The notes under the pieces are model-generated. The model saw only the letters and a list, made by a program, of their open reading frames with translations, did no database searches and was not told where the DNA came from. This document shows positions 57,809 to 64,000 of a stretch of DNA of 64,000 nucleotides, in pieces; within the stretch, counting starts at the first letter, position 1, and every line of letters begins with the position of its first letter. This DNA comes from Clostridiaceae bacterium (GTDB taxonomy: Bacteria; Bacillota; Clostridia; Christensenellales; CAG-138). The translations under genes were made by a program, and so were the position numbers. The stretch is from assembly GCA_039683415.1 (NCBI GenBank), contig JBDKRL010000006.1, forward strand, positions 13,839 through 77,838, given 5' to 3'.

Positions 57809-58771
57809 ATGCTGCTCGACGCCGTCCGTTTTTTGCGGGCAAACGATGATATTCTGTTAATCGCGCATGTTTCTCCGGATGGCGACACGCTTGGCAGCAG
57901 CTTTGCGCTCTTTGGCGCGCTGCAGGATCTGGGCAAGCATGTGCAGGTGGTCTGCGAGGATCCCGTCCCCGCGATCTACCGCTTTTTGCCGTATTCCGAC
58001 CAGCTGATCCCGCCCGAACAGGCCAAACCCGCCGAAGCGGTGGTCTGCGTTGACTGCGCGGACGTTGCGCGCGCGGGGCGAAGCGAACCGCTGTTCCGCG
58101 CGGCGAAAGCTACGCTCAACATTGACCACCACGGCACGAACGACCGCTATGCGGACGAAAACTTTGTCCAGAAGGCGGGCGCGACCGGCGAACTGGTGTT
58201 CAACGTTCTGGCAAGCCTCAAAGTGACCCTCAATAAAAACATCGCAAGCTGCCTGTACGCGGCCATTACGACCGATACGGGCAATTTTTCGTACTCCAAC
58301 ACCACGCCGGACACGCTGCGCATCGCGGCGGAATTGCTGGATGTTGGTATCAACCTGCCGTACCTCAACCAAAAGCTGTTTCGAACGGTGCCCTTCCATA
58401 AGCTCAGGCTGCATGCGCTGGCGGTGACGAAGGCGCAGCTCTACGAATACGGGCGCATCGGCATTTCCATGCTCACGCTGGAGGAGATTGTTTCCTGCGG
58501 CGCGAGCGGCGAGGATACGGAAGGCATTATCGACTCCATTCGGGATATCGACACGGTGGAGGTTGCGGCGCTTCTGCGCGAGAGCGAGGACGGGCAGGTT
58601 CGCGTGAGCCTGCGCGGAAAAAGCTGCGCGGACGTCAGCCAGATTGCGACCAAATACGGCGGCGGCGGGCATAAACTCGCCGCAGGCTGCACCCTTAAAC
58701 CCCCGCTGGAAGAAGCGGCGGCGCAGATATTGGAAAGCGCCATAGAACTGCTGCATGGAGAATGCGTCTGA
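57809..58771 (+). CDS. nrnA: DHH/DHHA1 family phosphoesterase (NrnA-like oligoribonuclease/pAp phosphatase)
   Basis: HVSPDGDTLGS, DHH (NIDHHGTN) and GGGHKLAAG motifs. Confidence 0.75.
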   Translation: MLLDAVRFLRANDDILLIAHVSPDGDTLGSSFALFGALQDLGKHVQVVCEDPVPAIYRFLPYSDQLIPPEQAKPAEAVVCVDCADVARAGRSEPLFRAAKATLNIDHHGTNDRYADENFVQKAGATGELVFNVLASLKVTLNKNIASCLYAAITTDTGNFSYSNTTPDTLRIAAELLDVGINLPYLNQKLFRTVPFHKLRLHALAVTKAQLYEYGRIGISMLTLEEIVSCGASGEDTEGIIDSIRDIDTVEVAALLRESEDGQVRVSLRGKSCADVSQIATKYGGGGHKLAAGCTLKPPLEEAAAQILESAIELLHGECV

Positions 58772-58772
58772 T

Positions 58773-59639
58773 ATGGACGGCGTTGTCATCCTGCTCAAGC
58801 CGCCCGGCATGACCTCCAGCAACGCGGTGTTCGACGCAAGAAAGCTCTTTGGCGAAAAGCGCGCGGGGCACCTCGGCACGCTCGACCCCGCGGCGGCGGG
58901 CGTTCTGCCCATCTGCCTTGGACGGGCAACCCGGCTGTTTGACCTGCTGGTGGATAAGGACAAGGAATACGTTTTTGAAATCGCGTTCGGAACCAAAACC
59001 GATACGCAGGACGCGTATGGAAAGGTGCAGGCAACCGATCTACGCGTGATCACGGCGGAAGAAGTCGCTTCCGTTCTGTCCTCGCTGCTCGGTGAACAAG
59101 CGCAGGTGGCCTCCATCTACTCCGCGCTGAAAGTGGACGGCAGAAAGATGTACGACCTGGCGCGCGCGGGCGAGTTTGTGGAACCGAGGACGCGGGACGT
59201 CCGCATCGATTCCCTCGAACTGCTACTGCAAACGCGTGAAAACCGGTTTTTACTGCGGGCGGTCTGCTCGCGCGGCACGTATATTCGCTCGCTCTGCGAG
59301 AGCATTGCGGAGCGTCTTGGCACCGTTGCCTATATGCCGTTTCTGCTGCGCACCCGCACGGGGCCGTTCTGCGTCGAGCAGGCGGTGAGCATCGGCGATC
59401 TGGAACACGCAAAAGCAGAAGGATTGCTCGAACGCGCGGTGATTTCCTGCGAAAAAGCGGTTTCGTTTCTGCCGGAGGTGCGCCTGCCGGAGGATCGTAA
59501 AACTCCTTCGAAAAACGGGTTGGAAACGCATAGCAAAGGCATTGCCGATGGGTACTGCCGCCTGTATGCAGGGGAGGAATTCCTCGGCGTCGGCCAGACG
59601 ATAAACGGCGGGCTAAAGCTCTGGATTCACTTATATTGA
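58773..59639 (+). CDS. truB: tRNA pseudouridine(55) synthase
   Basis: Trimmed to MDGVVILLKPPGMTSS. Catalytic GHLGTLDPAAAGVL. Confidence 0.9.
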   Translation: MDGVVILLKPPGMTSSNAVFDARKLFGEKRAGHLGTLDPAAAGVLPICLGRATRLFDLLVDKDKEYVFEIAFGTKTDTQDAYGKVQATDLRVITAEEVASVLSSLLGEQAQVASIYSALKVDGRKMYDLARAGEFVEPRTRDVRIDSLELLLQTRENRFLLRAVCSRGTYIRSLCESIAERLGTVAYMPFLLRTRTGPFCVEQAVSIGDLEHAKAEGLLERAVISCEKAVSFLPEVRLPEDRKTPSKNGLETHSKGIADGYCRLYAGEEFLGVGQTINGGLKLWIHLY

Positions 59640-59736
59640 CAACTGGATAGGTGAATAATCGTCTCAGGCACTGGATTCACTAGAATTGACAGGCGGTTAG
59701 GCGAACGGCCTTTATGAAGTTAGAAGGTTAATAAAG

Positions 59737-60618
59737 ATGGAAGAACTCACTCCCGCCGTCGTGGCTCTGGGCATGTTCGACGGCGTGCATCTTGGCCACA
59801 GGGCACTGCTCGGCCGCGCGGTGGAGCAGGCAAAGGCGCTCCGCGCCGAACCCGCGGTATTTACATTTTCCAACCATCCCATGGACGTGCTGGGCGGCAG
59901 TGTCAAGCTGCTCTCCGGCATGAAGGAACGAAACGCGATGATCCGCTCGCTCGGCATCGAAGAGCTCATCAGCGAGCCTTTTACCTGCGCGCTTGCCGCG
60001 CTATCGCCGGAAGCGTTTGTGGACTTGCTGCAGGCGCGCTGGAACGTTCGCGCACTGATTGCAGGATACAACTATACGTTTGGCGATCACGGCCTCGGCA
60101 CGCCGGAAACGCTGGAGCAGCTCGGCCGCGAGCGCGGCTTTGATGTGCTCGTTGTGCCGCCCGTGCTCTACGAAGGCGAACCCGTCTCCAGCACGCGCGC
60201 GCGGGAAGCCGTCGAGCGCGGGGATATGGCGCTGGCGGAAGCGCTGCTTGCGCGCAAATACTCGCTCTCCGGGCGCGTGGTGCGTAATAAGCGCATCGGC
60301 CGCAGGATCGGTTTTCCAACCGCGAATATCGACGCCGACCCGCGGCGCGTGCTTCCGCCCAACGGCGTTTACGCAACGTTTGCCTATGTCGGCGGCTCTG
60401 CCTACCGCGCGGTGACCAATATTGGCAACAACCCGACCGTGCAGGGCGAAAAGCTGACCATTGAAACGTACATACTGGACTTTGATTCGGATATCTACGG
60501 CGAGGAGCTGACGGTTGCGTTCCGCAGTTTTCTGCGCGGAGAAATCGACTTTGACAGCATGGAAGCGCTCAAAGCGCAGATCGAACGCGACGTGCTGCAG
60601 GCTTCCGCGCTCCGCTAG
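59737..60618 (+). CDS. ribF: bifunctional riboflavin kinase / FMN adenylyltransferase
   Basis: GMFDGVHLGH N-terminal motif. C-terminal kinase part GFPTANI...TNIGNNPT...E.YILDF. Confidence 0.9.
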   Translation: MEELTPAVVALGMFDGVHLGHRALLGRAVEQAKALRAEPAVFTFSNHPMDVLGGSVKLLSGMKERNAMIRSLGIEELISEPFTCALAALSPEAFVDLLQARWNVRALIAGYNYTFGDHGLGTPETLEQLGRERGFDVLVVPPVLYEGEPVSSTRAREAVERGDMALAEALLARKYSLSGRVVRNKRIGRRIGFPTANIDADPRRVLPPNGVYATFAYVGGSAYRAVTNIGNNPTVQGEKLTIETYILDFDSDIYGEELTVAFRSFLRGEIDFDSMEALKAQIERDVLQASALR

Positions 60619-60675
60619 ACGAGAGTTCAACCATTGCGGCGCGTTGTGAACGGAGCGAAAAGTTTAGGCGCGCTG

Positions 60676-60704
60676 TTTACAAGCGTTGTGGGATATGCTA
60701 TAGT
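60676..60704 (+). promoter_or_regulatory. rpsO promoter TTTACA-17-TATAGT
   Basis: TTTACA 60676-60681 and TATAGT 60699-60704. Confidence 0.6.
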
Positions 60705-60794
60705 ACATAAGTAATTTTATGGCCGCTTACCGGGCAGAGCGACGCTCCGACGCTCCGACTCAGTTTGCGGCGAATAGAAAAAAGGAGAAAGACA

Positions 60795-61052
60795 ATGGAA
60801 AAACAGGATATCATCGTAAAATACGCGCTACACGAAGGCGATACCGGCTCCCCCGAGGTGCAGATTGCTCTTTTGACCGAGCGCATCAACCACCTCAACG
60901 AGCACCTCAAGCTCCACCCGAAGGACCATCACTCCCGCCGCGGGCTGCTCAAGATGGTCGGTCAGCGCAGGGGTCTGCTCAACTACCTCAAGGAGAAGGA
61001 TATCGAGCGTTACAGAACGATTGCTGCAAGCCTGAACATTCGTATCAAATAA
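60795..61052 (+). CDS. rpsO: 30S ribosomal protein S15
   Basis: Trimmed to [10 protein letters not shown] (AAAGGAG RBS). Contains [44 protein letters not shown]. Confidence 0.95.
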   Translation: MEKQDIIVKYALHEGDTGSPEVQIALLTERINHLNEHLKLHPKDHHSRRGLLKMVGQRRGLLNYLKEKDIERYRTIAASLNIRIK

Positions 61053-61059
61053 ATGGGAG

Positions 61060-61088
61060 AGGCGGGCTGTTCCCGCCTTTCTTTTTTA
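61060..61088 (+). terminator. intrinsic terminator after rpsO
   Basis: AGGCGGG-ctgtt-CCCGCCT followed by TTCTTTTTT. Confidence 0.85.
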
Positions 61089-61192
61089 TACGAAACAGGT
61101 TCGCGCTGCTCCCGCTATGCGCCAAAATACCCAAATACCGTGCTCGTTTTGCGGTTTTGCAACGCTTTGGGTGAATCTCTTGGCAACTATTT

Positions 61193-61221
61193 TTGCGGGA
61201 GCGCATCAATACGGTTATAAT
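61193..61221 (+). promoter_or_regulatory. candidate pnp promoter TTGCGG-17-TATAAT
   Basis: TTGCGG 61193-61198 and TATAAT 61216-61221. Confidence 0.45.
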
Positions 61222-61261
61222 TAAAAAGAAGATAAAGAAAAAAAGGAGCAAACAAAAAAAC

Positions 61262-63358
61262 ATGGAAAGAATCTTCCAAATGCAGCTTGGCGGCCGCGAG
61301 CTCATCGTTGAGACCGGCAAGTACGCCGAACAGGCTGGCGGAAGCTGTCTCGTCCGTATGGGCGACACGGTGGTGCTGGTCTGCGCGACGCTGGCAAAGA
61401 CCGCGCGCGACGGCGTTGATTTTCTGCCGCTGAGCGTGGAGTTTCAGGAGAAGCTCTACGCGGTAGGCAAAATCCCCGGCGGGTTCATCAAGCGCGAAGG
61501 CCGTCCGACGGATCGTGCCATTCTGACTTCCCGTCTGATCGACAGGCCGCTGCGTCCCTTGTTTCCCAAGGGATTTTACAACGACGTGCAGGTGGTTGCC
61601 ACCGTACTCTCCGTTGAACAGGACGTCCAGCAGGACATCCTGGGCATGATCGGTTCCTCCATCGCACTTGCCATCAGCGAAGCGCCGTTTTCGGGGCCTA
61701 CGGGTTCTGTTGCGGTCGGCCTTGTGGACGGCGAATATGTGGTCAACCCCGACTGCGCGCAGCGTGAAAAGAGCCGTCTTGCACTGATCGTTGCCGGCAC
61801 CAAAGACGCCGTCTTGATGGTCGAAGCTGGCGCAAACGAAATCACCGAAGAAGAAATGCTTGGCGGCATTCTCTTTGCCCACGAGCATATCAAAAAGATC
61901 GTCGCGTTCATCGCGGATATTGCCGACCAGATCGGCAAAGAGAAGATCGAACCGGTTGTGTACCATCCGGACGAAACGCTTGGCGAAAAGGTTCGTGCGT
62001 ACGCGTTCGACAAAGTCGTCTGGTCGCTGGATACCTTTGACCGCAAAGAGCGCGAAGTGCGTTCCGAGCAGGTCAAAAAGGAAACCATCGAGGCGTTCAA
62101 GGCGGAATATCCGGAAGGCGCGAAGGATATCGACGCGATTCTGTATTCCATCACCAAAGAAGTCGTCCGCGACAAGATCATCAACAAGAAGACCCGTCCC
62201 GATGGGCGCGCGCATGACGAGATCCGCCCCATCTGGAGCGAGGTCGGCGTTCTGCCGCGCACGCATGGCAGCGGCGTATTCACCCGCGGTCAGACGCAGG
62301 TTCTGACCATTGCCACCCTCGGCACGATTTCGGAAGCGCAGTCGCTCGACGGGCTCTCGCTCGAAGAGAGCAAGCGCTATATGCACCAGTACAACATGCC
62401 GCCGTTCAGCACCGGCGAAGCAAAGCCCATGCGTGGAGTAGGCCGCCGCGAAGTCGGCCACGGCGCTCTTGCCGAGCGCGCGCTCGAACCGGTTCTGCCG
62501 AGCGAAGCGGAGTTTCCGTACTGCATGCGGCTGGTGAGCGAAGTCATCAGCTCAAACGGTTCCACCTCACAGGCTTCCATCTGCGCGAGCACGCTGGCGC
62601 TGCTGGATGCGGGTGTTCCGATTAAAAAGTCCGTTGCGGGCGTTGCCATGGGGCTCATCAAGGACGACTCCAACGGCAACATCGCGATTCTGACCGATAT
62701 CCAGGGCCTGGAAGATTTCCTTGGCGACATGGACTTTAAGGTCGCCGGCACGCGCGACGGCATCACCGCCATCCAGATGGATATGAAGATCAAGGGCATC
62801 GACCGTGAAATCCTGACCCGCGCCCTCGAACAGGCACGCAAAGGCCGCATGTTCATCCTCGACAAAATGGACGAAACGCTGCGCGAACCGCGCGCGGAAC
62901 TCTCGCCCTACGCGCCGCGCATCATCACCTTCAAGATCAATCCGGACAAGATCCGCGAAGTCATCGGCAGCGGCGGCAAGGTCATCAACAAGATCATTGC
63001 CGATACCGGCGTCAAGATCGATATCGAAGACGACGGCACGGTGTACATCGCCTCTCCCGACTCGGCTGCCGCGGCGGAAGCCAAGCGCATCATCGACGGC
63101 ATCGTCAAGGAGATCGAAGTTGGGGATGTGTACCTTGGCACGGTCGTCGGCATCAAGGAGTTCGGTGCGTTCATCAACCTCAAACCCGGCACGGACGGGC
63201 TGCTCCATATTTCCCGAATCGCCAACAAGCGCGTCGAGAAGGTGGAAGACGTCCTCTCCATGGGTGAGCAAGTGCTTGTCCGCGTCATCGACATCGACCC
63301 CAAATCCGGCAAGATCAGCCTGACCCGCAAGGACATGCTGCCGCCGGACAAGGACTAA
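61262..63358 (+). CDS. pnp: polyribonucleotide nucleotidyltransferase (PNPase)
   Basis: Trimmed to [14 protein letters not shown] (AAAGGAG RBS). Two RNase PH domains, then KH and S1 ([15 protein letters not shown]). Confidence 0.95.
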   Translation: MERIFQMQLGGRELIVETGKYAEQAGGSCLVRMGDTVVLVCATLAKTARDGVDFLPLSVEFQEKLYAVGKIPGGFIKREGRPTDRAILTSRLIDRPLRPLFPKGFYNDVQVVATVLSVEQDVQQDILGMIGSSIALAISEAPFSGPTGSVAVGLVDGEYVVNPDCAQREKSRLALIVAGTKDAVLMVEAGANEITEEEMLGGILFAHEHIKKIVAFIADIADQIGKEKIEPVVYHPDETLGEKVRAYAFDKVVWSLDTFDRKEREVRSEQVKKETIEAFKAEYPEGAKDIDAILYSITKEVVRDKIINKKTRPDGRAHDEIRPIWSEVGVLPRTHGSGVFTRGQTQVLTIATLGTISEAQSLDGLSLEESKRYMHQYNMPPFSTGEAKPMRGVGRREVGHGALAERALEPVLPSEAEFPYCMRLVSEVISSNGSTSQASICASTLALLDAGVPIKKSVAGVAMGLIKDDSNGNIAILTDIQGLEDFLGDMDFKVAGTRDGITAIQMDMKIKGIDREILTRALEQARKGRMFILDKMDETLREPRAELSPYAPRIITFKINPDKIREVIGSGGKVINKIIADTGVKIDIEDDGTVYIASPDSAAAAEAKRIIDGIVKEIEVGDVYLGTVVGIKEFGAFINLKPGTDGLLHISRIANKRVEKVEDVLSMGEQVLVRVIDIDPKSGKISLTRKDMLPPDKD

Positions 63359-63380
63359 CGGTTCCCGCAGGGCAACGTTC

Positions 63381-63407
63381 GGGCGCAGCGGCAACGCTGC
63401 GCCCTTT
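63381..63407 (+). terminator. hairpin after pnp (weak T-tract)
   Basis: GGGCGCAGCG-gcaa-CGCTGCGCCC followed by TTTCAC. Confidence 0.5.
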
Positions 63408-63741
63408 CACGTGCCTGCTATCAACGCGAAAAACACGGCGCAAAAACACCACAGCGCCGCCCGGCAAACCGAAAATGCCTTGATTTGATCAAGATGTATT
63501 ACATTTTTGTAATCGCTTTATCAGGTCGATGTATGGTAAAATACTTACTTAGTACGAAGCACGAAGAAAACCTGCGTGAAGGTTCGTTGAAAAACCACGA
63601 ACGTATCGCGCGCAAAAAACCCGTTTGAAGGTTCGTTGAAATAAAAATAGTAAGATATCGGGTTATCAAGGCGCGGGCAGGCCGACGCGCGAAACAAACT
63701 CATCGGCCGCCTCGGCGAATATGCCGAAAAGGAAACAGGAA

Positions 63742-64000
63742 ATGATTTTACAAAAAACACTGCCGAACGGGATTCGGCTGATCTATGAGCGCATGGACTC
63801 CGTTCGCTCGGTTGCGATGGGTATTTGGGTGGACACCGGTTCCGTGCGGGAAACGCCGGAGACGGCGGGCGCTTCGCACCTGATCGAACACATGGTGTTC
63901 AAGGGAACCGAGAAACGGAGCGCCGAGCAGATTGCAATCGAGATGGACGCCGTCGGCGGCAACCTCAACGCTTTTACGAGCAAGGAGTGCACCTGTTTTT
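63742..64000 (+). CDS. M16 family (pitrilysin/insulinase) zinc peptidase, 5' part only
   Basis: MILQKTLPNGIRLIYE...GASHLIEHMVFKGT carries the inverted zinc motif HxxEH. The ORF runs off the window. Confidence 0.8.
   Translation, partial: MILQKTLPNGIRLIYERMDSVRSVAMGIWVDTGSVRETPETAGASHLIEHMVFKGTEKRSAEQIAIEMDAVGGNLNAFTSKECTCF

Noticed and set aside
57857-63394. 419-, 424- and 275-aa minus-strand ORFs opposite nrnA/truB and pnp
   Set aside because: Antisense shadows of conserved housekeeping genes.

Overview
This is a 64-kb chromosomal segment that looks like a high-GC Firmicutes/Clostridia-type genome. That call is inferred from gene content, gene order and AGGAGG-type ribosome-binding sites; no search was run. 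The left half (1-32.7 kb) is accessory-looking. It holds many small detoxification or modification genes: 7 GNAT acetyltransferases, 4 alpha/beta hydrolases, a VOC protein, an AAC(6')-I-like gene and a GNAT-Arr fusion. It also holds two TetR units with readable promoter/operator palindromes, a GGDEF cyclase, two secreted repeat lipoproteins and an Opp/Dpp-type ABC importer. An AT-richer patch (30.1-32.7 kb) ends at the 3' end of rlmD, where a relic of a second rlmD-type 3' end is visible. The right half is core: rlmD, dnaE, whiA, rapZ, murB, then rluB-like, oadG-BCCP-oadA, pgsA and the conserved rimP-nusA-ylxR-ylxQ-infB-rbfA-nrnA-truB-ribF-rpsO-pnp block. Embedded between these are a barnase/barstar pair and the most unusual locus. 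That locus is a membrane HEAT-repeat protein translationally coupled to a GT2-like membrane protein whose DxD and QxxRW motifs look degenerate, and both genes carry in-frame tandem DNA repeats. Other items worth a second look are the GNAT-Arr fusion, a 54-bp tandem array with three compensatory palindromes upstream of oadG, a flavodoxin plus extracytoplasmic FMN-binding pair under TetR control, and the absence of yvcK between rapZ and whiA. I saw no rRNA, tRNA, CRISPR array, transposase or integrase. The many long antisense ORFs in the track are treated as high-GC artefacts. All homology statements come from reading the translations and from memory of the families; none has been checked against a database.
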